A stretch of DNA of 64,000 nucleotides from Vulcanimicrobiota bacterium (GCA_050250895.1 JBFWNU010000001.1:1096008-1160007); one strand, 5' to 3'; counted from the stretch's first letter, positions 28,829-38,398 are shown. Program-made: numbers and translations. The notes: a model not told the origin generated them from the letters alone.

Positions 28829-29416
28829 GTGAGGCCGTTGTCAACCACCACCCGTAAAGTGCGCCTCAAAAGGCGAGCACCTAAACGCGAGGTCGATCCG
28901 AAGAAAGCGGCCCTGGCTTTCGGGTCTCTCTTAATCTTGTGTATCGCCACCTTTTTCGTGGTCATCAACTATGTGGTCGAGCAAGATCAATCCAAGCTCA
29001 ATCGAACCGCCGACCTTGAATCCCAGGGCCTCTACTTCACCCTCGAAATGGATAAGTCTCGCTACAAGCTGGGCGAACCCATCGATGTCAAGCTGTCGGT
29101 ACGCAATATCACCTCGTCTCCTATCACGCTGAAGTTCGATCAAGACCAAGAATTCGATTTTCTGGTCCAGAAAGAGATGAACTTGCTCTTTGCCCAGGTG
29201 CCCATGAACGTCTGGCGCTTTTCCAACAAGCAGATTCCTCACGAGGACCCCCACAGCATTACCATTCCCCCCGGAAAGGTCAGGGTCTTTTCCGGCACCT
29301 GGGAGCAAGAAGACGCCAAGGGCAAGACGGTCCGGCCGGGTCAATACGTCATCACCGGCTATCTTCGCGCCGAGAATCGCAATGAAACCCTCCAGTTGCG
29401 CGGTGCCACCAAGTAA
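28829..29416 (+). CDS. membrane-anchored BsuPI (intracellular proteinase inhibitor)-like Ig domain protein
   Basis: Basic N-terminus plus TM; DKSRYKLGEP, Q.FDF, VWRFS and W...D..G..V.PG.Y patterns. Confidence 0.7.
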   Translation: MRPLSTTTRKVRLKRRAPKREVDPKKAALAFGSLLILCIATFFVVINYVVEQDQSKLNRTADLESQGLYFTLEMDKSRYKLGEPIDVKLSVRNITSSPITLKFDQDQEFDFLVQKEMNLLFAQVPMNVWRFSNKQIPHEDPHSITIPPGKVRVFSGTWEQEDAKGKTVRPGQYVITGYLRAENRNETLQLRGATK

Positions 29417-29457
29417 TTGACCGCCGGACCACTTCGTGGTAGCCTTGGAAACGAGGT

Positions 29458-29836
29458 CTGGAGTAGGCTGGGTGACCGCGGAGATTCGTGGGAATCTTTG
29501 AGGAAAGTCCGGGCTCCATAGGGCAGGGCGCTGGATAACGTCCAGTAGGGGCGACCCTCAGGCTAGTGCCACAGAAATGAAGACCGCTAAGCCCCGGTAT
29601 CTGGGGCCAGCAAGGGTGCAACGGTGGGGTAAGAGCCCACCAGCAGCACGGTGACGTGCTGGCTAGGTAAACCCCGCTTGGAGCAAGACCGAATAGGGAA
29701 GCAGGTGCTCGACACCACTGGCGGCCCGTCAGAAGCTTCCGGGTAGCGTCGCTAGAGGTGGGTGGTAACACTCATCACAGATAGATGGTCACCTCCACCA
29801 CGGTGGAACAGAACCCGGCTTATAGGTCTGCTCCAG
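29458..29836 (+). ncRNA. rnpB: RNase P RNA, type A
   Basis: GAGGAAAGTCCGGGCTCC, AGTGCCACAGAAA, GGTAAACCCC..GGAGCAAG and AACAGAACCCGGCTTA conserved blocks; terminal P1 pairing CTGGAGTAGGC/GTCTGCTCCAG. Confidence 0.97.
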
Positions 29837-30929
29837 GCCTCACTTTTGCATAAAAGCGTCGGGTCAAAGACGCGACCCAACGTCCGGCCTCGAGATCATC
29901 AAGACGTTGGGTGATGATGAGGGCGTCCGAAATAAATTGCAGAAAAGCCCCTTGAGCGGAGTTGCGCACGGCGATATCCTCTAGCTCGGTGACCGGGATG
30001 CTCTGAGAGCGCACCGGCACTCCGAAGACGGTGGCGCGCACGCTGACCTGCTGCCGGTCGGCCACCAGCAGCACCCGATAGCCGGCCAACATCACCAGGG
30101 CGATGACCAACAGGCCGGCCAGGGCGTAGAAATAAAGATACTCTTTCTCCAGTCGAGCCAGATCCAACAGGGAGCGATTGCCCGTGGACTTGCCCAGGGG
30201 TAGCAGTGAAAAGCCGAACAACACCGCGAAAAGAACGCCTACTTGAAGGACCAGCTGGGCGCTCCAGAGGCGCCAGTGGAACTCCTGGCGCTCGCTCGAG
30301 AGCGTCTCTTTCACGGCGCAATCGGAGGGCTTGTCGACCTCCTGGCCGAGCAAGATCGGATGGCGATGAACCCGTTCAACAAAGGGCAGGTCAAGCTCTG
30401 ACCGTTCGATGCGCACATCCTTGCCGCCAGCCTTCTCGATGACCGGACAATTGATGGTCTTGGCTACCATCTCGGCCAGGGTGCGACTGGCCATCTGCTG
30501 TCCGACACGCTGGTCGAGGGTGTACTGGTTCTTTCCGTCCACGAGATTGACCAGCCAGACCTCGACCTGACGGCCGCCCCGCTCTTCCTCGATGGAGTAC
30601 AACCGAACCGCCGGTTGCTCGCTCCAGCCAAAGCGCATGCCAGGCCTGAAGAGCCCGTCCTTGACGGTGATGTTGGTCTGAGAGACGGTAATCTTCTTGC
30701 GCGAAAACAAGATCAGGACAACCCCGATCAGACCCATCCCGAGCGCCAGCAACAAGCCCTTGTTCCAATCATATTCGGTGGTCTCGAAGACCAGACGCAT
30801 GGTCAGAGCGTAGAGCGGAACCACCGCGAACACCGAGAGGAAAAGCAAAAAGACGCCGATGTCACGGTTGGCATCGGTGGGGATGGACAGCTCGGTGCTA
30901 TCCCCGCGCCTGGTCTTTTTGACGGCCAT
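29820..30929 (-). CDS. hypothetical membrane protein with two (2TM + soluble beta domain) modules
   Basis: Four hydrophobic helices in two pairs; ATG directly follows the upstream TAA. Confidence 0.75.
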   Translation of the reverse strand: MAVKKTRRGDSTELSIPTDANRDIGVFLLFLSVFAVVPLYALTMRLVFETTEYDWNKGLLLALGMGLIGVVLILFSRKKITVSQTNITVKDGLFRPGMRFGWSEQPAVRLYSIEEERGGRQVEVWLVNLVDGKNQYTLDQRVGQQMASRTLAEMVAKTINCPVIEKAGGKDVRIERSELDLPFVERVHRHPILLGQEVDKPSDCAVKETLSSERQEFHWRLWSAQLVLQVGVLFAVLFGFSLLPLGKSTGNRSLLDLARLEKEYLYFYALAGLLVIALVMLAGYRVLLVADRQQVSVRATVFGVPVRSQSIPVTELEDIAVRNSAQGAFLQFISDALIITQRLDDLEAGRWVASLTRRFYAKVRPGADL

Positions 30930-32192
30930 TTATCGGCCTACCATACAAACCGTGTTCACCTCTGTCAAGGGAGCGACTTCGCTATAGCTGAGCACCGGCA
31001 GGAAGGGAAAAGACGGCTCTAGCAGTCTGCGCAAAAACCGTCGCGGTTTAGGCGAACACAAAATCACGACCGGCAGGCTCTCGGCCGCCGCCTTCTCGAG
31101 CCCCCGGGCCACCGAACCCAGGATTTTCAGGCTCTCGTCGAGGTCAAGGTCAAGCCAAACGGCCGAGGACGACTCGCGCAACCCTCTCAAGATGGCTCTT
31201 TCGGCGGCTGGATCGAGCATCAAAGCGTGAAGACGACCGACCCGGTCGCTAAAACGGTTGGATAAATGATATCGAAAGGCCGAGCGGACATACTCGGTCA
31301 GCAGATCGGCATCTTCGGTGGCCTCGAGATGGTCCAAAATCGCCTCGAGGATCCCGGGCAGATCGCGAATGGACACCCTTTCGCGCAGCAGATTGCGTAA
31401 AATCTGACGCAACGCTCCCAAGGATAGGCGGTGAGGAAAAAGTTCCTTGTAGAGAGCTGAGTGGCTCTTCTTGACCACTTTAACCAGGGCTTCGACCTCG
31501 CGATAGCCGAGCAGCCGCCAGGCTTGAGCCTCGACCGCCTCGAGCAACGGCCGGGCCAAACGCGCCACCCCGTCGCCGGGCTCGAGTTCACTAGAGATGG
31601 CATCGACGCCTCGAATCCGCACTCTATAAGCCAAACCCTCCAGGGCCGGCTCCAGGCGCACCGGAATCGGCGAAAGCATCAAGCCAAATTCAAGTTCGAG
31701 ACGCTGGCGAGAAAGTTCGACCAACTCGTCGAGCCCTTCACTGGGAAAGCCCGGTCCCACCACCATCTCGATTTGAGCCAATTCTAACGTGGCGATCAAC
31801 TCAGAGGCTTTGACGCCAAGCCTCTTGGCGAGACTGGACGGCTTTTTACCCAGGGCCCGGACCAGCCGAATCGGAGTGGGCGCCTGATGACTCTTCTGGG
31901 CCGCGGCCAGGGCCAGGGCAACCATTCGGTAAAGACTTTCCGGAATAATTTGGTCCTGACGCAACTCTTTCATGATGTCAGGACCAAATTTGGCTGACTC
32001 TACAATGGGCAGGGCCAGCTCCTGGGCGCACCAGAGCATCTCTTCGAAACGGGCTGAAGTGGAAGCCAGGGCTACCACCGTCGGTGTCTGCCCTGGCTTG
32101 TAAGACAAAGCCACCGCATTCTTCTTGGCGTCCGTCAGGACGATTTCGGCTTCGCCGAGCGCCGACGGGTGGAAAGCTTTTTGTTTTGGCAA
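30930..32192 (-). CDS. soluble FlhB C-domain / FlhA C-domain (FHIPEP) fusion
   Basis: N-terminal AEIVLTDAKKNAVALSY..P.VVA...LPIVE...IPESLYRMVA (FlhB-C) followed by LRNLLRERVSIRDL, LTEYVR and LPVLSYSEV (FlhA-C); likely TTG start at 32192 with GGAGG SD (ORF track start 32237). Confidence 0.85.
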   Translation of the reverse strand: MPKQKAFHPSALGEAEIVLTDAKKNAVALSYKPGQTPTVVALASTSARFEEMLWCAQELALPIVESAKFGPDIMKELRQDQIIPESLYRMVALALAAAQKSHQAPTPIRLVRALGKKPSSLAKRLGVKASELIATLELAQIEMVVGPGFPSEGLDELVELSRQRLELEFGLMLSPIPVRLEPALEGLAYRVRIRGVDAISSELEPGDGVARLARPLLEAVEAQAWRLLGYREVEALVKVVKKSHSALYKELFPHRLSLGALRQILRNLLRERVSIRDLPGILEAILDHLEATEDADLLTEYVRSAFRYHLSNRFSDRVGRLHALMLDPAAERAILRGLRESSSAVWLDLDLDESLKILGSVARGLEKAAAESLPVVILCSPKPRRFLRRLLEPSFPFLPVLSYSEVAPLTEVNTVCMVGR

Positions 32193-32289
32193 GCTACCCC
32201 TCCGAGCTATTGAAATTCCTTCTCGGGGTTGCCTCAAACTCCTTTACTGGCCGGGAAAGGAACGGGGGGATAATGACGAACGTTCCCAG

Positions 32290-33513
32290 ATGTCCTGGCG
32301 CCCATCCCTGCTGATGCTGCTGATTCTGCTGCTGGCCAGCTGCAGTAAGCCTCCCGACCCCAATCGGGTGGTGCTGTGGACGGCCTTCGAGGGCAAGGAA
32401 CTGGCCGAACTCAAACAACTTGTGAACGAATTCGAGCAAGAGAGTTCACTGCACGTTCAGGTGCTCAAAGTGCCCTTCGATGCTCTCCAGAAGAAGTTTC
32501 TGGTGGCGGGACCCGCCGACCAGGGCCCGGACCTCTTGATCGGCCCCCAAGACTGGCTGGGGGTGTTCGCCACCGCCGGACTGCTCGAACCGGTGCCCGA
32601 AACCGTGCTCAGCAGCGAGCGCCGGGCCGATTTTATTCCCGTAGCCATCGAAGCCGTCACCTTCGAGGGCAAAGTCTATGCCGTACCCTTACTTTTGGAT
32701 TGTATCGCGCTGTTGCGCAACACCGAACTGGCTCCCCAGGCGCCGACCAGCCTGGAAGAACTGGTGAGCCAGGCCCAGAGCGTTCAACAGGGCTCGGTTC
32801 GAGGCTTCTATTACGAACTCAACAACTTCTACTTCTCCTGGCCCTTCCTGGCCGCTCACGGAGCTCACCTGTTCCACACCGAGGGAGGGCACCTCGATCC
32901 CTTTCAATTGGGCCTGGACGAACCCGCAGCCGTCAACGGTATGCAGTTCCTGGCCGACTTGCGCGGCAAGTACAACCTGATCCCCCTGGGAGCCACCAAC
33001 GATCTGGCCAAAAGCTTGTTCCTGGACAAGAAACTAGCCATGACCCTGGCCGGGCCGTGGATGATGGACTCGGTTCGCGAGGCACAAATACCCTACGTGG
33101 TCGAGCCGATTCCGCCTACGGCCGACGGAGGCGTGGCCGCCCCCTTCGTGGGGGCCACCGGCCTGATGCAGAGCGCCGGCAGTCGCAACCCCAGCGGAGG
33201 TGAAGCCCTCTACAAATTTCTCACCCGCACCGATTCGATCTATCGCTTGGCCCTGGCGGCGGGCCGAGCCCCGGCCGACAAGAACGCGTTGGAGAAAGCC
33301 AGCCAGCAACCGGTGGTCGGTCGAGACATTATGGCCTTTGCCCGCATCGCCGAACAGGGCACCCCGATGCCGAGCCACCCGGCCATGAATGCCGTCTGGG
33401 AACCGATGGAACAGGCTATCGACCTGGTCTCTTCGGGGCAGGTCGAACCCGCCCACCAGATGGAGCAGACCGAGAAACGAATCGTGACGAAGATTCGCTT
33501 CATGATGGAGTAA
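32290..33513 (+). CDS. maltose/maltodextrin-type ABC substrate-binding lipoprotein
   Basis: Lipobox LLASC; GPDLLIGPQDWLG, GKVYAVP, GPW and PMP..P.M..VW motifs. Confidence 0.88.
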   Translation: MSWRPSLLMLLILLLASCSKPPDPNRVVLWTAFEGKELAELKQLVNEFEQESSLHVQVLKVPFDALQKKFLVAGPADQGPDLLIGPQDWLGVFATAGLLEPVPETVLSSERRADFIPVAIEAVTFEGKVYAVPLLLDCIALLRNTELAPQAPTSLEELVSQAQSVQQGSVRGFYYELNNFYFSWPFLAAHGAHLFHTEGGHLDPFQLGLDEPAAVNGMQFLADLRGKYNLIPLGATNDLAKSLFLDKKLAMTLAGPWMMDSVREAQIPYVVEPIPPTADGGVAAPFVGATGLMQSAGSRNPSGGEALYKFLTRTDSIYRLALAAGRAPADKNALEKASQQPVVGRDIMAFARIAEQGTPMPSHPAMNAVWEPMEQAIDLVSSGQVEPAHQMEQTEKRIVTKIRFMME

Positions 33514-33514
33514 A

Positions 33515-34414
33515 GTGGACAAGAAGACCAATCAGCCATACCTTTACATTATGCCGGCTCTGGTCTTGATGACGGTGCTGTCGCTCTTGCCCAACGCCTA
33601 CTCGGTCTATCTGGCGTTCACCAATTTTAGCCTCTATCACTACACCGACTTCAACTTTGTAGGCCTAAAGAACTTCGGCAAGATCCTGGCTGGTCCTGAG
33701 CTTCAGACCTTTGCCAAGGTGCTGATCTGGACGCTGGCCTGGGCCGCCATCTCGGTGATGGCCAGCCTGGCCATCGGCCTGCTGCTGTCGATCCCCCTCA
33801 ATCGCGAAGACCTCAAGGGAGCCAAGGTCTACCGCACTCTGTTTATCGTACCCTGGGCCATTCCGGCCTTTATTTCGGTGCTGATGTGGCAGGGTTTGCT
33901 CAACTCGGACCAGGGCGCCTTCAACATGCTCCTTCAGGGCTTCGGTCAAGAGAAGATCGCCTGGCTGGATGACCCGGGCTGGGCTCGCTTCTCGGTCTTG
34001 CTGGTCAACATCTGGCTCGGCTACCCGTTCATGATGACGGTTTGCCTGGGAGCCTTGCAATCGATACCCAAAGAGATCTACGAAGCCGCCGATGTCGACG
34101 GCGCCAGCCCCTGGCTTCAGTTTCGAGCCCTGACACTGCCGTTGCTGCGCTCGGCCCTCGTCCCGGTGCTGGTCTCGAGCTTTGCTTTCAACTTCAACCA
34201 GTTCACCGCCATCTATCTGCTGACCGAAGGGGGTCCCACCGTGCCAGGCAGCGAGGCCGGGGCTACCGACATTCTGCTCACATACTCTTATAAGCTCGCC
34301 TTCGATCTCTATCAGTACGGCACCGCCTGCGCTTACGCCGTCTTTATCTTCTTGATCGTGGCCGCCCTGTCCGGGGCAAATTTCCGCCTCACCGGCGCTT
34401 TTGAGGACGAGTGA
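33515..34414 (+). CDS. carbohydrate ABC permease (MalF-like)
   Basis: PWAIPAFIS, WLGYPFMM and EAA loop YEAADVDGA. Confidence 0.9.
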   Translation: MDKKTNQPYLYIMPALVLMTVLSLLPNAYSVYLAFTNFSLYHYTDFNFVGLKNFGKILAGPELQTFAKVLIWTLAWAAISVMASLAIGLLLSIPLNREDLKGAKVYRTLFIVPWAIPAFISVLMWQGLLNSDQGAFNMLLQGFGQEKIAWLDDPGWARFSVLLVNIWLGYPFMMTVCLGALQSIPKEIYEAADVDGASPWLQFRALTLPLLRSALVPVLVSSFAFNFNQFTAIYLLTEGGPTVPGSEAGATDILLTYSYKLAFDLYQYGTACAYAVFIFLIVAALSGANFRLTGAFEDE

Positions 34415-35271
34415 TGACTAGAAAAAGCCCCTATACCGTCTATTTCTGGCACGCCTTCCTGCTGGCGGGACTGTCGGCGACGCTGATGCCGGCGTTTCTA
34501 GTCTTGATGGCGGCCCTGCGCAAGAAAGCGACCCTGGTATCGAGCACCATCATCCCCGGCCCCAACGAAGTGACGCTGGCCAACTTCTCGACGCTGCTGA
34601 CTCAGACACCGTTCTTGACCTGGATGGGTAACACGCTCATCTGCTCGACCATCGCCACGATCGCGGCCCTCCTGGTCACCACCCTGGCAGGGTATGCCTT
34701 CAGCCGCTTTCGCTTCTTCGGTCGCAAGAACGGGCTGTTGATCATGATTTTGCTGCAGATGTTTCCGGCCGCCATGAGCATGGTGGCCGTCTTTCGCATC
34801 CTCCAATACCTGGGTCCGATCACTGGGGGCCTGGTGGGCCTCAACAGCTTGATGGGTCTGTCGCTGGTTTACATCGGAGCCGGCATCCCGTTCAATACCT
34901 GGATGATCAAAGGCTATGTCGACGCCCTGCCCCGCGAGTTGGAAGAATCTGCCTACATCGACGGAGCCACCCCGACCCAAACCTTCCTCCAGATCATTCT
35001 TCCACTCATGGGACCCATTCTGGCCGTGGTGGCCGTGTTCAACTTCATCACGCCCTACTCCGACTTCATCTTTCCCTCGGTCTTGCTGTTCGAAGAGCAA
35101 CGCTACACCCTGGCCGTCGGTATGCAGGGCTTCATTTCCGGCAACTTCTCGGCCAATTGGACTCTCTTCGCGGCCGCCTCCATTCTGGGATCGTTGCCCA
35201 TCCTCGTGCTTTTTCTGTCGCTTCAGACCTTTCTCGTGCAAGGTTTGACGCAGGGTGCAGTGAAGGGATAA
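34411..35271 (+). CDS. carbohydrate ABC permease (MalG-like)
   Basis: YAFSRFRF.GRK, LEESAYIDGA and GLTQGAVKG motifs. Confidence 0.9.
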   Translation: MMTRKSPYTVYFWHAFLLAGLSATLMPAFLVLMAALRKKATLVSSTIIPGPNEVTLANFSTLLTQTPFLTWMGNTLICSTIATIAALLVTTLAGYAFSRFRFFGRKNGLLIMILLQMFPAAMSMVAVFRILQYLGPITGGLVGLNSLMGLSLVYIGAGIPFNTWMIKGYVDALPRELEESAYIDGATPTQTFLQIILPLMGPILAVVAVFNFITPYSDFIFPSVLLFEEQRYTLAVGMQGFISGNFSANWTLFAAASILGSLPILVLFLSLQTFLVQGLTQGAVKG

Positions 35272-35336
35272 CACTAGGAACAGAAACCTTGCCGCGCTAG
35301 GCCGGTTGTTTCGTGCAACGAAAAGGAGTTTTAAAT

Positions 35337-36212
35337 TTGAGATCCCTGCGCCCTCCCATCCTGATTTTTTGTCTCGGAGTCTTTCTGAGTTCGGCGCCCG
35401 CGCTGGCGAAGGCATATTCTCCAGAGCTCGAGCAGGCGATGGCCCTCTTCTATCAGGAAAAATACGACGAGTGTATCCCCATGTTCGAGAGAGTCGTGGA
35501 ACAGGACGCTCAGAACACCCTGGCCATGAGTTACATCCTGCACGCGGCCTATAAGCAGAAGAATATCGAGGAAATCGTCGGTCGCATCGAGCAGCGAGCG
35601 GTAGCGCGGGGCGAAGACCCCACCGCGGCTACCCATCTCGGCATGGCCTACTTCCTGCGCGGGATGATCATCCCCAACCAGCTGGATGAGGCTCTCACCG
35701 AATTCAAACAGGCCATCAAGGACGACCCCCAATTGGCCATGGCCTACACCGGCCTGGGAATGGTCTATTTTCAGAAGCGCATGATGCCCCGCGCCAAGGG
35801 TTATCTAATCCGGGCCCTGCGCATCAATCCCCACGACATCATGGCCGTCGATCTGCTCGGCAACATCATGCTGGTGGACGAAAAGAAACCCGCCGACGCG
35901 CTGCAACTCTACGAGCGCTGCATCGCCGAACTGCCCACCTATCCCGACGGCCACTACTATGCTGGCTCGTGCCTGTTTGACCTCAAGCGCTACGACGAGG
36001 CCATCGCCCAACTCACCCAGGCCCGCGAGCTCGACCCCAAGGGCATCACCAAAGGCTTTGACGCGGCCACTCTACTAGGAGACTGCTACATGTTGCAGGG
36101 TCGCAGTGCGGAGGCTATCGAAGCGTTCGAGCATGCGAAGAAAATCCGGCCTGACAGTAAATATGTCGACATCAAGCTGCAAAAGCTGCGCGGCCAGAGC
36201 AAGGACGAATAG
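35337..36212 (+). CDS. exported tetratricopeptide-repeat protein
   Basis: Signal peptide; multiple TPR patterns; AAGGAG SD before TTG 35337. Confidence 0.82.
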   Translation: MRSLRPPILIFCLGVFLSSAPALAKAYSPELEQAMALFYQEKYDECIPMFERVVEQDAQNTLAMSYILHAAYKQKNIEEIVGRIEQRAVARGEDPTAATHLGMAYFLRGMIIPNQLDEALTEFKQAIKDDPQLAMAYTGLGMVYFQKRMMPRAKGYLIRALRINPHDIMAVDLLGNIMLVDEKKPADALQLYERCIAELPTYPDGHYYAGSCLFDLKRYDEAIAQLTQARELDPKGITKGFDAATLLGDCYMLQGRSAEAIEAFEHAKKIRPDSKYVDIKLQKLRGQSKDE

Positions 36213-37047
36213 CCTTGTCGCTTTAGTCCTCCTTTGCCTGACCGCCACCGCCGTCGCCGAAGACCTCAAGATTTCGGTTGCCGGCCCGGCCCGCGCTATC
36301 CGCGACCAGACCACCAGTCTGGTCGTTCGTCTTCAAGGGGGAACGCCTCCCCTTCGTTGGGAGTGGAACGTCGATGGCTACTCTGAGGCGGGCGATGAGG
36401 CCGAGTTCACCATGGCGGCCAAAGGCAAGGCCGAGCAAATGGAGTTCCATCTCAGGATCTGGGACCAGGCCGACTATCTTTCCGAGCCGTACGAGACCAG
36501 CTTTCCCCTGGAAGTCATCGCAGAGCCGCCCAAGCCGATCCGAGTGGTGCTAAAGTCCCACTGGTCGCGCGCCGAGGACGAAGTTTTGAGTCTCAGGCCC
36601 GAAGTGACCGGTGGCACTGGCCCTTTGCGCTATCAATGGTTGGTGGATGACCGCACCGTGACCGAACCGACCCTCGACCTTCCTCCGGGGCCGGCCGGTG
36701 ATTCGCTGGTCGTCCTGAGGATCTATGACCAGGGCTTGTATCAGGACCAGCCCCAGGAACTAAAGATCCGAATTCACACCCAGGCCCGTTTACAGGGGCG
36801 TATCGAAGGACCCGATCTGGTCATCGTTAACGATCCGCTGGAGTTTCGCGCGGTCATCGAGGGCGGCACCAAGCCCTACAAGTTCGTCTGGCAGTGGCCC
36901 ACCGGTAGTCGTGACGATGACGAGGTGTTGACGGGCCGCGTAGGGCCCGATACCGGGGAGCGCTGGATCAGGGTGCTGGTGACCGACTCGTCCAAGCCGC
37001 CCCAGGAGTTGCGCCTGGAAAAGACCTATCGGGCCGAGGCCCGCTAG
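36163..37047 (+). CDS. exported protein with three Ig/PKD-like repeats
   Basis: GGTPPLRWEW, GGTGPLRYQW and GGTKPYKFVW repeats; signal-like N-terminus; start uncertain. Confidence 0.7.
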   Translation: MSTSSCKSCAARARTNSLVALVLLCLTATAVAEDLKISVAGPARAIRDQTTSLVVRLQGGTPPLRWEWNVDGYSEAGDEAEFTMAAKGKAEQMEFHLRIWDQADYLSEPYETSFPLEVIAEPPKPIRVVLKSHWSRAEDEVLSLRPEVTGGTGPLRYQWLVDDRTVTEPTLDLPPGPAGDSLVVLRIYDQGLYQDQPQELKIRIHTQARLQGRIEGPDLVIVNDPLEFRAVIEGGTKPYKFVWQWPTGSRDDDEVLTGRVGPDTGERWIRVLVTDSSKPPQELRLEKTYRAEAR

Positions 37048-37643
37048 AAATCCCTTCGGCCCTGAAGGGCCCGGCCTAGCGTTACCTCGTCGGCATACTC
37101 GAGATCGGAACCCATCGGCAGGCCCTGCGCCAGGCGGGTAACCCGCACCGGACCAGAAGCCAATTGGCGATGCAAGAAAAGCGCGGTGGCCTCGCCGGCC
37201 ACGGTGGGATTGGTGGCCAGGATGACCTCTTGGATGTTCTCTCGCCTCACCCGATCCAGCAACGAATCGATGCGCAACCGGTCTGGCCCGATGCCGTCCA
37301 TTGGCGAGATCAAGCCACCCAGAACGTGATAACGACCGCGGAACTCATTGGTCCGCTCGAGAGCCGCGATGTCACGAGGATCACTCACCACACAGAGCAG
37401 ACCTGCATCGCGGCGCGAATCCGAGCAAATCGAGCAGAACTCTCGCTCGGTCAGGTTGCCACAGCGGGCACAGTCGTGAATCTTGCGCTTGACATCGAGC
37501 ATCGACTCAGCCAGTTCTTCGACCAACTCCTGACGGGCGTGCAACAAGAAGAAAGCCAGGCGATGGGCACTCTTGGGTCCGATCGTAGGAAGCTCCATTA
37601 GAGCCTCCACCAGGCGCTCTACCGGCTGCGGAAATTCATACAT
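37044..37643 (-). CDS. recR: recombination protein RecR
   Basis: LPTIGPKSA.RL, C4 zinc finger, TOPRIM domain, GSDLEYAD. Confidence 0.97.
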   Translation of the reverse strand: MYEFPQPVERLVEALMELPTIGPKSAHRLAFFLLHARQELVEELAESMLDVKRKIHDCARCGNLTEREFCSICSDSRRDAGLLCVVSDPRDIAALERTNEFRGRYHVLGGLISPMDGIGPDRLRIDSLLDRVRRENIQEVILATNPTVAGEATALFLHRQLASGPVRVTRLAQGLPMGSDLEYADEVTLGRALQGRRDF

Positions 37644-37661
37644 CGCCAGCCAGATCCTGGG

Positions 37662-37982
37662 CTAGAGCAAACCGGGAGGAATGGGTAAACCCTGAGTGAG
37701 TTCGGAAACCTTTTGCGAAGAGAGCTCCTTGGACTTCTCCACAGCGTCCTTGATGGCCGTCAGGACGAGGTCTTCGAGCATCTCGACATCTTCGGGATCG
37801 ACCACCTCAGGGTTGATCTTGACCGACTTGATCTCTTGATGGCCGTTGACAACGACTTTGACCATTCCCTGGCCGGCGGTACCTTCCACCGTCACGTCGG
37901 CCAGTTCTTCCTGAATTTGGCCCATCGAAGCCTGCAGCTTCTGCTGCATCTTCTGCATCTTTCGCATCATCTGTCTCTGCAT
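37662..37982 (-). CDS. ybaB: YbaB/EbfC nucleoid-associated protein
   Basis: Q/M-rich N-terminus; GMVKV; DVEMLEDLVL motif. Confidence 0.95.
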   Translation of the reverse strand: MQRQMMRKMQKMQQKLQASMGQIQEELADVTVEGTAGQGMVKVVVNGHQEIKSVKINPEVVDPEDVEMLEDLVLTAIKDAVEKSKELSSQKVSELTQGLPIPPGLL

Positions 37983-37997
37983 GGGGTTCCTCCTTTA

Positions 37998-38396
37998 TTA
38001 CTTCTTGCCCATGGCGAAGACCTGATGAATCGTATCCACCAGCTCATCCAGGTTAAAGGGCTTGACCAAATACGAGGTGGCACCCTTCTGATAACCCGTC
38101 ATCACGTCCTCGGACTGATCTTTGGCCGTCAGCATGATGACCGGAATGTCCGCCGTTTGCGCGCCGGCACGAATCTTATCGAGAACCTCGAAGCCGTCCA
38201 TGCCTGGCATCATCACGTCGAGCACCACCAGATCGGGAATCGACTCATCTACCTTCTCCAGGGCTTCAAAACCCGAGGAGGCGGTAGTCACATCAAAGTT
38301 CTCCATCTCGAGATAGGTCGCCAACGACCGCAAAATGTGGGGCTCATCGTCCACCACCAAAACTTTCTGCCCTTCAGACACGGCTGTCTCCTCCAT
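37998..38396 (-). CDS. single-domain response regulator receiver
   Basis: VVDDE, PDLVVLDVMMPGMDG, LTAK and YLVKPF motifs. Confidence 0.93.
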   Translation of the reverse strand: MEETAVSEGQKVLVVDDEPHILRSLATYLEMENFDVTTASSGFEALEKVDESIPDLVVLDVMMPGMDGFEVLDKIRAGAQTADIPVIMLTAKDQSEDVMTGYQKGATSYLVKPFNLDELVDTIHQVFAMGKK

Positions 38397-38398
38397 CC

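Noticed and set aside
32290-35271. ABC sugar transporter lacking an ATPase as an anomaly
   Set aside because: CUT1 systems commonly share an unlinked MsmX/MalK ATPase
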